A stretch of 64,000 nucleotides of DNA. It comes from an uncultured Chloroflexia bacterium (GTDB lineage: Bacteria; Chloroflexota; Limnocylindria; Limnocylindrales; CSP1-4). Every line of letters starts with the position of its first letter. Position 1 is the first letter of the stretch. The translations under genes were made by a program, and so were the position numbers. Shown in pieces: positions 46,516-57,597 of the stretch. The stretch spans positions 41,574 to 105,573 of the forward strand of contig CAWHYC010000006.1 in NCBI GenBank assembly GCA_963833535.1. The letters are read 5' to 3'. The notes under the pieces are model-generated. The model saw nothing but the letters and a program-made list of their open reading frames with translations, was not told the DNA's origin and searched no databases.

Positions 46516-48009
46516 ATGGCGCATCCGCAGTTCGAAGCGGTCAACCTCATCAGCGACCCGATCCACGGGTATATCGAGCTCACGAAGCGCCTCACCGGCG
46601 AGCAGAGCCGGCGTGCCGGATTGCCTCCCGAGGAGCGCGCCGAGGCCGACCTGCTCGACACGCCGTGGGTCCAGCGACTCCGTCGCATCAGCCAGCTGCA
46701 GAGCGCGCGCTGGGTCTTCCCGACCGCCGAGCACAGCCGTTTCACGCACGGCCTGGGCGTCATGCACGAAGGCGGGCTGTGGGCGCGCGCCCTGTATCCG
46801 ACGCTGCGCGAGGTGCTGCTCGCCGACACGCTGGCCGAGGGCGACGCCTCGGAGGATCCCATCCCGTCGGAGGCGCTGGTGGTCGAGACCGTCCGCGTCG
46901 CAGGCCTGCTTCACGATGTCGGTCACGGGCCGTTCGCCCACTACTTCGACGAGCACGTCCTGTCGGCCTTCGCCGCGCCGGCGCACCCGAGCCGTGACCC
47001 GGACAAACGCCTGTCGCACGAGGATCTGGGCCAGGCGATCGTCGAGCGCGAGCTGGCGCCCATCATCGCCGGCCTGCGGCGCGCGCCGGCGCTCGAGGCC
47101 GAACGCGCCGCCTTCGCCGCCGGTGAGGCGATCGAACCGCGCTGGATCAGCTTCCTGATGTCCAAGCCGCCGCTGGCCGATCCCACCATGCCGCTCTGGG
47201 TTCGCCGTTTGCAGCCGCTCTTCAGCGGCATCTTCACGGTCGACAACCTCGATTACGTGCGTCGCGACGCGTACATGACTGGCGTCTCGACGGGACCGGT
47301 CGATGCCGACCGACTGCGCCGCTATGCCTTCATGAGCCCTCGCGGCCTGGCGCTCTACGAGCCCGGCCTCGGGGCGCTCGAACAATTCCTGATGTCCCGG
47401 CTGTTCATGTACAACACCGTCTATTTCCATCGGACCGTGCGAGCCATCGACCTCGACCTCGAGGAGGTCTTCGCGCCCAGCATCCGGGCCATCCACGGCG
47501 AGGGCAACCCGCTCGACGACCTGGGCGCCTACGTGGCCCTCGAGGAATACGCGCTCCTTCATCAGGCGTCCTTGTGGGCGGCGGGAGCCTCGCTCGACCC
47601 TTCCCCGTCCGCGGGCTCGGGCTGCGTGACGCCGGAGGTCGGCCGGCTATGGCGCGGCATCCTGCTGCGAAACCCGAGCTGGCATGCGGTGGCCGAGGTA
47701 CGCCGCGACTCCCGGTTCGGTGGCACGCGCGCTGATGCCGAGGCCGAGCTGCGCGCGGCGCTGCAGGTCTACCTCGATGGTGCGGCCTCGACCGGTGGCG
47801 GCGGGGACCAGCCGGCGCCCGCCGTTCGCTTCGACCTGGCCGAGGCCGACGGACGGCCACAGAATCCGCTCCACGCCCACGGCAGCCTGATCATCGCGCG
47901 ACGCGACGGCACGCTCGATCCGACGCTCCTCGACGACCTGCTGCAGCGGCTGCCTGCGGTCGTGGTCACCGGTCGCGCCTACGTGCGCAACTCGCCGAGC
48001 ACTGACTGA
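46516..48009 (+). CDS. HD-domain dNTP triphosphohydrolase-like protein (dGTPase/Dgt family)
   Basis: HD motifs HSRFTHGLGV ... LLHDVGHGPFAH. Confidence 0.8.
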   Translation: MAHPQFEAVNLISDPIHGYIELTKRLTGEQSRRAGLPPEERAEADLLDTPWVQRLRRISQLQSARWVFPTAEHSRFTHGLGVMHEGGLWARALYPTLREVLLADTLAEGDASEDPIPSEALVVETVRVAGLLHDVGHGPFAHYFDEHVLSAFAAPAHPSRDPDKRLSHEDLGQAIVERELAPIIAGLRRAPALEAERAAFAAGEAIEPRWISFLMSKPPLADPTMPLWVRRLQPLFSGIFTVDNLDYVRRDAYMTGVSTGPVDADRLRRYAFMSPRGLALYEPGLGALEQFLMSRLFMYNTVYFHRTVRAIDLDLEEVFAPSIRAIHGEGNPLDDLGAYVALEEYALLHQASLWAAGASLDPSPSAGSGCVTPEVGRLWRGILLRNPSWHAVAEVRRDSRFGGTRADAEAELRAALQVYLDGAASTGGGGDQPAPAVRFDLAEADGRPQNPLHAHGSLIIARRDGTLDPTLLDDLLQRLPAVVVTGRAYVRNSPSTD

Positions 48010-48044
48010 TCGCTCCGAGTGGTCGCCGGGCGTAGAGTCGGGGC

Positions 48045-48752
48045 GTGGCCAACTCCGCACGAGCCTTCGTCCGTCGGCATACGCGCCTTCGTCCCGTTCC
48101 AGGGCTCGACCGCGTCCGACTCCACCTGGCCGACGATGTGCTGGCGCTGTGGCGTGCGGTCCAGACAGAGACAGGCGACCCGGACACGGCACTGCCATAT
48201 TGGGCCTTCGCCTGGGCCGGTGGCCTGGCCGTCGGGCGCTACCTCCAGGAGCACCCCGAGGCCGTGGCGGGCCGGCGCGTCCTCGACCTGGCATCGGGCT
48301 CCGGGCTGTGCGGCATCGCCGCGATGCAGGCCGGAGCGTCGGCCGTCACGGCGATCGATATCGATCCCTTTGCGGCCGCGAGCATCGAGCTCAACGCCCG
48401 TGCCAATGCCTGCCGGATGACGGTCGTCCGCCGTGACGTGCTGGACGAGGAGCCGCCCGAGGTCGACGTCATCATGGCCGGCGACTGCTGGTACGAGGCC
48501 AGGCTCGCCGACCGCGTCCTGCCCTGGCTCGAACGGGCGCGGGCGTCCGGCATCGACGTCGTCACCGGCGACCCGGGTCGTCGCTACCTGCCGCTCGAGG
48601 CGCTGGTCGAGCTTGCCGTCTACGAGGTCCGGACGACGACCGAGCTCGAGGATCTCGACCTCAAACACGGCCACGTCTATGCCCTGCGTCCGGCTGCCGA
48701 GCCGACCGGGATCCGGGGCCGCTCGGATGCAGCGGGTCGAGGGACCGCCTGA
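48045..48752 (+). CDS. class I SAM-dependent methyltransferase (Methyltransf_16-like)
   Basis: Motif I VLDLASGSGLCGIAA and an acidic post-I motif DID. Confidence 0.65.
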   Translation: MANSARAFVRRHTRLRPVPGLDRVRLHLADDVLALWRAVQTETGDPDTALPYWAFAWAGGLAVGRYLQEHPEAVAGRRVLDLASGSGLCGIAAMQAGASAVTAIDIDPFAAASIELNARANACRMTVVRRDVLDEEPPEVDVIMAGDCWYEARLADRVLPWLERARASGIDVVTGDPGRRYLPLEALVELAVYEVRTTTELEDLDLKHGHVYALRPAAEPTGIRGRSDAAGRGTA

Positions 48753-48878
48753 GGCGCGACGGCGGGCCACGACCGCGGCCGAGCAGCCAGACGACCGTCG
48801 GTTGCCGTTTCTTCGCCGCGTCCTCACCGACCTCGACTTGCCCTTGCCGGATGCGCAGGCTAGGCTCGCGGGCACACC

Positions 48879-49994
48879 ATGACCATCCCACCGGCGTCCC
48901 CTGACGCGCCCGAGATCCGCCTGGTCGCGCTCACCAAGCGGTTCCACGACGTGGTCGCCGTCGACGCCATCTCGTTGACCATCGAGAGCGGCGAGTTCTT
49001 CTCGTTGCTCGGTCCGTCCGGCTGCGGCAAGACGACGACGCTGCGCATGATCGGCGGCTTCGAGCAGCCGACATCGGGCACCATCGAGCTGCGCGGGCGC
49101 GACGTGACGACCGACCCCCCGGACAAGCGGCCGGTCAACATGGTCTTCCAGAACTACGCGCTCTTCCCGCATCTCGATGTCGGCGAGAACATCGCCTTCG
49201 GCCTCCGTCGTCGCAAGGTCGAGCGGTCGGAGATCACGCGCCGCGTCGGCGAGGCCCTCGCCCTGGTGCACCTCGACGGATATCAGCGGCGGCGCGCCAA
49301 TCAGCTCTCTGGCGGTCAGCAGCAGCGTGTCGCCCTGGCGCGTGCGTTGGTCAACCGACCACAGGTCCTGCTCCTCGACGAGCCGCTCGGGGCGCTCGAT
49401 CTGAAGCTTCGTCGCGCGCTCCAGCTGGAGCTCAAACGCATCCAGCAGGACGTCGGCATCACCTTCGTCTACGTGACCCACGATCAGGAGGAGGCGCTCA
49501 CGATGAGCGACCGGATCGCGGTCATGCACGGCGGCAGGGTCGAGCAGGTCGGCGCGCCCGAGGCGCTCTATGACCACCCGACGACCCGCTTCGTGGCCGA
49601 CTTCATCGGCACCACCAACATCCTCGATGGGACCGTCGAACGTGTCGATGCGACCACCGCGCTGGTCCGGCTGGAGGGCGGCGATCTGTGCCGCGTCGGG
49701 GCCGACGGGCTAGTATCCGGCGGTCGGATCGAGATGTCCGTGCGCCCCGAGTCGATCGTGCTCGCGACCGCGGGGGCCGAGGAGGCCATGGGCGGACGTG
49801 TCGAGCAGGTCGCGTTCCTGGGCACGAGCACGCAATACCAGGTCCGCACGGATGGCGGACTGCTGATCACCGCTCTCATCCCTCGGGCCGGGTTGCGAGT
49901 CTCGGTCGGCGCCGATGTCGCACTCAGCTGGGAGCCCGGGGAGGCGCTCGTTCTGGGCAGCGCACCCGTGGCACGCTTGGAGGAACCTTCATGA
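48879..49994 (+). CDS. potA: spermidine/putrescine ABC transporter ATP-binding protein
   Basis: Walker A GPSGCGKTT, LSGGQQQR, the C-terminal TOBE-like domain, and the typical PotA N-terminus. Confidence 0.9.
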   Translation: MTIPPASPDAPEIRLVALTKRFHDVVAVDAISLTIESGEFFSLLGPSGCGKTTTLRMIGGFEQPTSGTIELRGRDVTTDPPDKRPVNMVFQNYALFPHLDVGENIAFGLRRRKVERSEITRRVGEALALVHLDGYQRRRANQLSGGQQQRVALARALVNRPQVLLLDEPLGALDLKLRRALQLELKRIQQDVGITFVYVTHDQEEALTMSDRIAVMHGGRVEQVGAPEALYDHPTTRFVADFIGTTNILDGTVERVDATTALVRLEGGDLCRVGADGLVSGGRIEMSVRPESIVLATAGAEEAMGGRVEQVAFLGTSTQYQVRTDGGLLITALIPRAGLRVSVGADVALSWEPGEALVLGSAPVARLEEPS

Positions 49995-51217
49995 CGCACG
50001 AATACGACGGCTCGTCGCTCGACCTGGAGCGGGCGCTCGTCCGCTACATGGCGGAGCGACGCGTCAGCCGGCGGGAGCTCTTGCAGCGGATCGCGGCGGT
50101 GGGGGCGACCGCGGCCCTGGCGCCGGTCGTCGCCGCCTGCACGACCGGCGGCGCAGCAAGCGAGTCACCGTCAGCCGCGGCCGTCGCTTCGTCAGCCCCC
50201 ACGGCGACGAGTGGCCCGACGGCCAGCCCCGTCCCCACGCCCGCGCCGTCGCCGGAGAGCGAGCTGCTCATCTACAACTACTCGGGCTACATGGCCCCTG
50301 AGGTCATCGACGCGTTCGAGCAGAAGTACGGCGTCAAGGTCAGCGAAAGCTACTTCGACTCGTACGACGTCATGTATCCCAAGATCCAGGCCGGCAACAG
50401 CGGCTACGACCTGACCTTCCCGACCGACACCGACATCCCGGGCCTCGTCACGCAGGGCCGCGTCCAGCCCCTGGACAAGACGCTCATCCCCAACATCGTC
50501 AATCTGGCCGAGGACTGGCTGCACCCGGCCTACGACCCCGACCACACCTACTCGATGCCCTACATGTGGTGGACGACCGGGGTCGCCTACGACACCGAGA
50601 AGTTTCCCGAGCCGCCGACCAGCCTGGCTGCGCTGTGGGATCCGCAGTTCAAGAACCACATCATGATGCTCGACGATCAGCGCGAGGCGTTCGCAGCCGC
50701 CCTCATCCGCCTCGGCAAGGACGTCAACACCGTCATCGACGCCGAGCTCGACGCGGCATTGGCGCTACTCAAGGAACAGAAGCCGTTGCTGCGGCTGTAC
50801 GCCCCCGATCCGATCAGCGAGATGTCGTCGGGCGACATCTGGATCGGACAGGAGTGGTCAGGGGACGTCTATTCCATCCAGCAGGAGCGCCCGTCGGTCT
50901 CCTACTACATCCCCGAGGAGGGTGGCGTTCGCGGATCCGACGCCGCAGTGGTCCTCCAGGGTGCACCGCACCCCATCGCCGCCACGCTGTTCATCAACCA
51001 CCTGCTCGATGCCCAGATGAGTGCCCTGAACACGAATGCCATCGGCTACATGGGCCCCAACGCCGCTGCCAAGGAATTCATCGACCCGGCCATCCTCGCC
51101 GACCCGACCGTCAACCCCGACCAGGCGCTCATCGCCAAGCTGCAGGAGCTGCTCGACCCTGGTGCCGACCTGGAGAAGTACTCCACACGCTGGACCGAGC
51201 TCCGGGCGGGTGGGTAG
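49991..51217 (+). CDS. potD: spermidine/putrescine ABC substrate-binding lipoprotein
   Basis: Tat-like RRELLQR signal with lipobox VAAC, and a PotD/PotF-type binding protein fold. Confidence 0.85.
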   Translation: MTHEYDGSSLDLERALVRYMAERRVSRRELLQRIAAVGATAALAPVVAACTTGGAASESPSAAAVASSAPTATSGPTASPVPTPAPSPESELLIYNYSGYMAPEVIDAFEQKYGVKVSESYFDSYDVMYPKIQAGNSGYDLTFPTDTDIPGLVTQGRVQPLDKTLIPNIVNLAEDWLHPAYDPDHTYSMPYMWWTTGVAYDTEKFPEPPTSLAALWDPQFKNHIMMLDDQREAFAAALIRLGKDVNTVIDAELDAALALLKEQKPLLRLYAPDPISEMSSGDIWIGQEWSGDVYSIQQERPSVSYYIPEEGGVRGSDAAVVLQGAPHPIAATLFINHLLDAQMSALNTNAIGYMGPNAAAKEFIDPAILADPTVNPDQALIAKLQELLDPGADLEKYSTRWTELRAGG

Positions 51218-52055
51218 GCGGCTCGGCCCGGGCTCACTCGCCCTGCCGGGCGTCGTCTGGCTGGCGCTCTTCTTCCTGGTCCCGCTGGGCATCATCGGCG
51301 TCGTCAGCCTCGGCACCCACGACCGCTTCGGTGGTGTCGTGCTCGACAGCCTGAACCTGGATAACTACACCAGGGCCCTCGACCCGGTCTTCCTGCCCAC
51401 GATCTGGAACTCCTTCCGCTACGCGGCGCTGACGACCGTCCTGAGCCTGGCCATCGGCTATCCCGTGGCCTACTGGATCTCGCGCTACGGCGGCCGCCAC
51501 AAGGCGCTCTTGCTGATCCTCGTGATGCTGCCCTTCTGGACCAGCTACCTCATCCGGACCTATGCCTGGATGATCATCCTGCGTGACAACGGCGTCGTGA
51601 ACTCGGTCCTCCAGGCGGTCGGCCTGACGAGTGAGCCGATCGTGTTGCTCAACACCGACCTGGCCGTCGTGCTGGGCATGACCTACGGCTTCCTGCCCTT
51701 CGCGATCCTGCCGCTCTTCGTGTCCATCGACCGCCTCGACGACGCGCTGGTCGGCGCCGCCCGCGACCTGTATGCCAGCGGCCGTGCGGCCTTCATCCAC
51801 GTCACGCTGCCGCTCACCATGCCGGGCATCGTGGCGGCCTCGATCCTGACCTTCATCCCGGCCATCGGCGACTTCGTGACGCCTGACATCCTGGGCGGTG
51901 CGCAGACGACGACCATCGCCAAGATCGTCCAGAACGAGTTCCTCGGCGCGCGCGACTGGCCGGCGGGCTCGGCGCTCGGCGTGCTGCTCATGGCCGTCAC
52001 CATCATCGGCTCGCTGGCCGTCATCCGGACCCTGCGCCGCGAGGTCCTCGGCTAG
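51210..52055 (+). CDS. potB: spermidine/putrescine ABC permease
   Basis: GTG start overlapping the potD end. EAA-loop region DLYASGRAAFIHVTLP. Confidence 0.8.
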   Translation: MGRRLGPGSLALPGVVWLALFFLVPLGIIGVVSLGTHDRFGGVVLDSLNLDNYTRALDPVFLPTIWNSFRYAALTTVLSLAIGYPVAYWISRYGGRHKALLLILVMLPFWTSYLIRTYAWMIILRDNGVVNSVLQAVGLTSEPIVLLNTDLAVVLGMTYGFLPFAILPLFVSIDRLDDALVGAARDLYASGRAAFIHVTLPLTMPGIVAASILTFIPAIGDFVTPDILGGAQTTTIAKIVQNEFLGARDWPAGSALGVLLMAVTIIGSLAVIRTLRREVLG

Positions 52056-52057
52056 CC

Positions 52058-52870
52058 GTGCATCGCGAGCGCAACCGGCTGCTGTCCGCCTACGCCCTGC
52101 TGGTCTACATCTTCCTGTTCATCCCTATCGCGGTCCTCATCCTGTTCAGCTTCAACGTCTCGAAGCGCAACTTCGCCTGGCGCGGCTTCACGTTCGATTG
52201 GTACCCCTCCCTGTTCCACAACGACGACCTCCTGCAGGCGCTGGTCGTGACGCTCCAGGTGGCGGGCGTGGCGGTCATCGTCTCGACCGTGCTGGGCACC
52301 CTCCTGGGCCTCGGTCTGGCCCGCATGCGCTCGAGGGCGGCCGCCGGGACCGCAGAGACGCTGCTGCTGCTGCCGATGGTGGCGCCGGAGATCATCCTGG
52401 GTATCAGCCTGCTGCTGCTCTTCGCGGAACTGTTCAACGCCAACGGCTCGTTCGCCCAGATCTCCGTCGCCCACATCACCTTTTGCGTCTCGTATGTCGC
52501 GGTCGTCGTCCGGGCCCGGGCGGTGGCGCTCGATCCACACATCGAGGAGGCGGCCAGGGACCTGGGCTCGTCGGCGTACGGAGCCTTCCGCTACGTGACG
52601 CTGCCGCTCCTGCTGCCGGCCATCGCGGCCGGGGCGATGCTGGCCTTCGCCCTGTCCTTCGACGACCTGATCATCACGACCTTCAACGCCGGCCCGGGTT
52701 CGTCGACCCTGCCGCTCTACATCTACTCGCGCATCCGCTTCGGCGTGACGCCCGAGATCAACGCCATCTCGACCATCATCGTGGCCATCACCGCGGTCGC
52801 CATCCTGCTCGCCTGGCGACTGGGGCGGCTGGGCGGCGAGACCGCCCGGCCGATCGATACCGAGACCTGA
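52058..52870 (+). CDS. potC: spermidine/putrescine ABC permease
   Basis: GTG start, and the EAA loop ARDLGSSAYGAFRYVTLP. Confidence 0.8.
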   Translation: MHRERNRLLSAYALLVYIFLFIPIAVLILFSFNVSKRNFAWRGFTFDWYPSLFHNDDLLQALVVTLQVAGVAVIVSTVLGTLLGLGLARMRSRAAAGTAETLLLLPMVAPEIILGISLLLLFAELFNANGSFAQISVAHITFCVSYVAVVVRARAVALDPHIEEAARDLGSSAYGAFRYVTLPLLLPAIAAGAMLAFALSFDDLIITTFNAGPGSSTLPLYIYSRIRFGVTPEINAISTIIVAITAVAILLAWRLGRLGGETARPIDTET

Positions 52871-52930
52871 CCGAAAGGCGAGCCGTCGGAAGGCCGAGCG
52901 GCCGCGCATGACCTCCGAGCGGGCGGTGAG

Positions 52931-54101
52931 TCAGCCCAGCGGGATGGCCTTCTTGGCGTCGAGGAAGGGGATGGCGGCCGTCCGGGCGGCCCAGCGATCG
53001 CCGTCGGGGGCCAGGATCTCGAGCGGCGTACCGGGCGCAGCCAGCTCGATGGGCACCCAGACGTAGCCGATGTTGCGCTCCAGCCGCGGCGACCAGATGA
53101 GGTCGGTCAGGGTACCGACCGGCTGGCCGTCGTGGAGCGCGGGCCGCTTGTCGGCGATCTCGAACGAGAGCGCATCGCCGTCGACCTCGATGCCGACGAG
53201 CTTGCGGCTGACGCCGCGCTGGCGGATCTCCTCGAGGGCGGCCTTGCCGATGTAGTCGGCGTCCTGGGTCTCGACCAGGCGCTCCAGGCCCATGACCTCG
53301 AAGGGGTTGTTGGCGATGGTCATGTCGGAGCCGTAGTTGAAGATGCCGGCCTCGATGCGGCGCGCCTCGCAAGGCGCGATGGGTCGGATGTCGTGCGGAC
53401 GCCCAGCCTCCATGACCCGGTCCCAGAGATCGCCGCCGCGCGATGCATCGCGCAGGTAGATCTCGTAGCCGACCTCACCGGTCCAGCCGGTCCGGCTGAT
53501 GACCACGGGGATCTTGTCGAGCTCCGTGGTCATCGTCCAGTAGTACTTGATGTCGAGGACCGCGTCGCCGAAGAGCGTGCGCATGACGTCCTTCGACTTC
53601 GGGCCTTGGACCTGGATGGGGTAGATCTCCGGCTCGCGGACCGTGACGTCGAGCCCCGAGTTGATGGCCACGCCGCGCGCCCAGAGGCCGGCGTCGCTAT
53701 CGGCCAGGGCCAGCCACCAGCGATCCGCCTCGACGCGGAGCAGGACCGGGTCGTTGACGATGCCGCCGTCCTCGGCCGTGATGAGCACGTACTTGCCCTG
53801 GCCGACCGCGCACTTCGTGAGATCGCGACAGGTCAGCCTGTTGGTGAAGGTCGATGCGTCGGGCCCGGTGATCTCGACGATCCGCTCGACCGACACGTCC
53901 CAGACCGTGACCGCGTTGAGGAGGTGCCAGTACTCCTCGATCGGGTCGGCGAAGTAGCCGGGCAGGTACATGTGGTTGTAGATGTCGTAGGCCGAGCAGC
54001 CGGCCGCCAGGGTGCGATCGAAGAACGGCGAGCGCCGGTACCAGGGGCCGAAGTAGAGGGTGCTCGAGGTCGCCTGGGGGACGGTCTGGATCGCGCTCAT
54101 C
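52931..54101 (-). CDS. aminomethyltransferase-family protein (GcvT/DmdA-like, tetrahydrofolate-dependent)
   Basis: GcvT fold motifs (ISRTGWTGEVGYEI; CEARRIEAG). Confidence 0.8.
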
Positions 54102-54134
54102 GGGTCTCCTTGCTGGGCGGGGACAGCCTGAATC

Positions 54135-56374
54135 CTACGACGGGGAGCCGGACGCAGGCGCATCGACGACGATGAGGGCGTCAACGGCGATGGCACCGGC
54201 GGGGCCGGCGATGACCGGGTTAAGGTCGACGTCGCGCCAGGCGGGATGATCGACCATCGCGCGGCCGAGGTCGCAGATGAGCTGCGCGAGCGCGGCCAGA
54301 TCGGCCGCCGGTCGGCCGCGGACACCGCGCAGGACGGCGGCGCCGCGCAGCTCGTCGATCATCGACAGGACGTCGCTCGGGGTCAGCGGCGCCAGCCTGA
54401 TGACGACGTCGTCGAGCACCTCGGCGAGCACGCCACCCAACCCGACGAGCACGACCACCCCGAACTGCGGGTCACGGCGGGCGCCCACGATGACCTCCGT
54501 CCCGCCAGCGACCATGGCCTGGACGAGGACGCCACGGATCGTGGCTCCCACCCGTCGACCGGCCCCGACGACCGCCACGACCGCCCCCCGGACGGCGTCG
54601 GGGTCTGCGAGGCCAAGGACGACCGCGCCGACGTCGCTCTTGTGCGCCAGGTCCCGCGCGTCGAGCTTGACCACTACCGGCCAGCCTATCGCGGTCGCCG
54701 CTTCGGCTGTCGCGTCGGCCGCCGCGGCAAGGGCGCCCGTCGAGACGTCGACGACGGGGATCGCGCGCCAGGTCACCACGGGCAGCCCGAGCGAGCCCAG
54801 CGACTCGAGGGACTCGCGCTCCGGTATGGCCCGCACGCTCGACGCGGCAGGCTCGAGGGCTGGGACGGATCGGTCGTAGCCGTACGGTGTCCGGTCGGCG
54901 GCCAGCGCCGTCCACGCCGCTCGCGCCGGCCCAACGACGGCGCGACGCTCACGGCGAGCTTCCCACCACGCCAACCGGGCGATGGCCGCGAAGGCCGGGA
55001 CCGAGCCGCGCACGATGGGGATGCCGCCGGCGGCATCGAGCGCCTCCTGCAGCTCCGGCGATGCGTCGCCGGAGGTCAGCGAGACGTAGACCGGCAGCAC
55101 GTCGGCGTGGTCCGCGGTCGCCGTCGCCAGCTCGCCGGCCAGCTCGAGGGCCAGGCTCAGCTCGCCGGGCTGCGAGCGGAACGGGAAGTCGTGGACCAGG
55201 GCCAGCACGTCGTAGGCTCCGGAGGTGGTGAACGCCTCGAAGCAGGTGCGGTACGCCGGCGTGGCCTCGTCCGCCCCCCAGGGGTCCATGGGGTTGCCGA
55301 TGTAGCCCAGGCTGGGCAACGCGGCGGCGATCCGGGCACGGGCGGCGTCCGGGACGTCCGGCAGGTCGATGCCGGTCCGCGCGGCCAGGTCGGCGATGAG
55401 CGAGCCCTCCCCGGTCGAGACGGTGACCACCGCCGTCCGGCCCCGGCCCACGCGACGACCGAGCCGGTGTGCCCCGGTGACGAGGGCGGCGGCCTCCAGG
55501 AGCTCGTCGAGGTCGTCACAGCGGATCACGCCTGCCGCGCGTAGGGCCGCCTGGGTGACGCGATCCTCGCCGGCCAGCGATCCCGTGTGCGCGACGGCCG
55601 CCGCCTGCGCCTGGGCGCTGCGACCGACCTTGACGGCCAGGATCGGCTTGCCCATCGCGAGGGCCTGGTCGGCCAGGGCGAGGAACCGCTCCGGGCCGCT
55701 TGAAGCCCTCGACGAAGAGGACCACGGCATCGGTCGAGGGATCGTCGAGGCAGTAGGCCAGGTAGTCGCACAGGTCGAGCACGACCTCGGAGCCGCAGCT
55801 GACGATGCGGCTCCAGCCGATGCGCGTGCCGGCGTGCATGAACGCGTCGGCGACGCTGCCCGACTGGGCGATGGCCGCCACGCCGCCGCGCCGGATGAAC
55901 GGATGGATCTCGTCGATGTACGTCGCGCAGCCGGTCGTGAGGTCGATGAGGCCCATGCAGTTGGGGCCGAGGATGGCGGTCCCGGTGGCGCGCGCGATCT
56001 CGGCCACCTCGGCCTGCATCCGCGCCGCGGCCTCGCCGCCCTCGACCACGCCGCCACCCGGGATGACCACGGCCGGGACGCCGGCGGCCGCCGCCTCGCG
56101 CGTGAACGGCGCCGCGCGCAGCGGGATTGACGGCCAGGACGACGGTGTCGGGCACCTCGGGCAGCGAGGCGAGGTCCGGATGGCAGGGCGTGCCGTCGAT
56201 CTCGTCGTACTTCGGGTTCACGAAGTAGCAGCGCGTCGGGGCACCCGAGCAGCGCGGATGTTGTCGCGGACGCGTGGTCGCCAGGTCGCCCCGCGGCGAG
56301 GCGCCGACGATGGCCACCGAGCGAGGCGCGAAGAGCGCGCGCAGGTCGAAGCGTGGCTCGGTGGCGGCCGTCAC
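54135..56374 (-). pseudogene. acyl-CoA synthetase (NDP/ADP-forming, fused alpha-beta) disrupted by two apparent +1 frameshifts
   Basis: Three consecutive reading frames carry, in order, the CoA-binding N-terminus (SVAIVGAS...VNPKYDEIDG), the middle part (GPNCMGLID...), and the ligase and ATP-grasp parts (KPILAVKVGRS...). The breaks lie at about 56075–56130 and about 55695–55700. Confidence 0.6.
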
Positions 56375-57548
56375 CCGACCACCCGATCGACCCCCCGTCG
56401 CTCGAGCGACCGGGCGATGATCAGGCGCTGGATCTCGGACGTGCCCTCCCAGATCCGATCGACGCGCAGCTCGCGCAGGTAGCGCTCGGGGGCGAAGTCA
56501 CGCATGTAGCCGCGGCCACCGAAGACCTGCACGACCCGGTCGGCGCAGCGGTAGGCGGCCTCCGAGGCGAAGAGCTTGGCGATCGATGCCTTGGCATGGA
56601 CGACCTTGGGGTCGGCACCGGTGTCGGCCAGCCAGGCGCACTCGCGGGTCAGGGCACGGGCCGCGGCCGCGTCGGCCGCCGAGTCGGCCAGCGGGAAGCT
56701 GACGCCCTGGAAGTCGTAGATGCGTTGCCCGAACTGGATCCGGCTCGTGGCCCATTCGACGGCCAGCGTCAGCAGCCGCTCCATGGCGCCGGTGCACCTG
56801 GCCGCGATGTGGATGCGCTCCTCGACGAACCAGGCGTTGGTCAGCTCGTCCGCCTGGCCGACGCCGCCGAGGACGGCCGAGTCGGGCACGCGCACGTCTT
56901 CGAGCGCGAACTGCGGGTGCCGGTCGGCGAAGGTGTGGGTGTGGTCGGGGTCGGCCAGGATTCGCAGGCCAGGCGTGTCGTAGTCGACCAGGAAGAGGGT
57001 CGCGCCGCGCGGCTCGCCGTCGGTGGCGAGGGCGTGGAAGATCATGAAGTCGGTGTCGTCGGGGCCGGTCACGAACCACTTCTCGCCGTTCAGGACCCAC
57101 TCGCCCCTGGCCGCATCGCGCACGGCGGTGGCACGGATGCTCCGGGCGTCCGATCCGGCCTCGGGCTCGGTGATCGCATAGCTGCCCGAATCGCTCGCCG
57201 CGCAGGCACGGATCGAGGTAGCGCGCGCCGTTGCTCGGCGTCGCCGTGGACGAGCACGTTGTAGGCATCGGGCACGAGCGTCCAGAGGCCGCCGGTCGAC
57301 TGGCCGAACTGCTCGTGGACGAGGACCTGCTCGAGGACCGACCAGCCGTGCCCGCCGTAGGCGGTGGGAAAGGCGCCACCGGCCAGGCCAGCTGCGATCG
57401 ATCGCTCTCGGAGCTGGGCGCTGTCCTCGGCCGAGACACGCCCTCCGGCACGCTCCAGCGCCTCCTCCCGGGGCTGGAGCTCGTCGACCACGAAACGGCG
57501 AGCTCGGTCGCGCAGGTCTTCCTGCGCTGGCGTCAGGGTGAGGTCCAC
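56371..57548 (-). pseudogene. acyl-CoA dehydrogenase disrupted by two apparent +1 frameshifts within about 50 nt
   Basis: The N-terminal domain lies in one frame (to ...GDAEQRRA), about 13 codons in a second frame (RYLDPCLRGERFG), and the rest (SYAITEPEAGSDA...) in a third. The breaks are at about 57220–57230 and about 57184–57188. Confidence 0.6.
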
Positions 57549-57597
57549 GGGTCGCTCGTCGCACCCTCGATCGGTCGTGCCCAGGCACGACCGTCGG

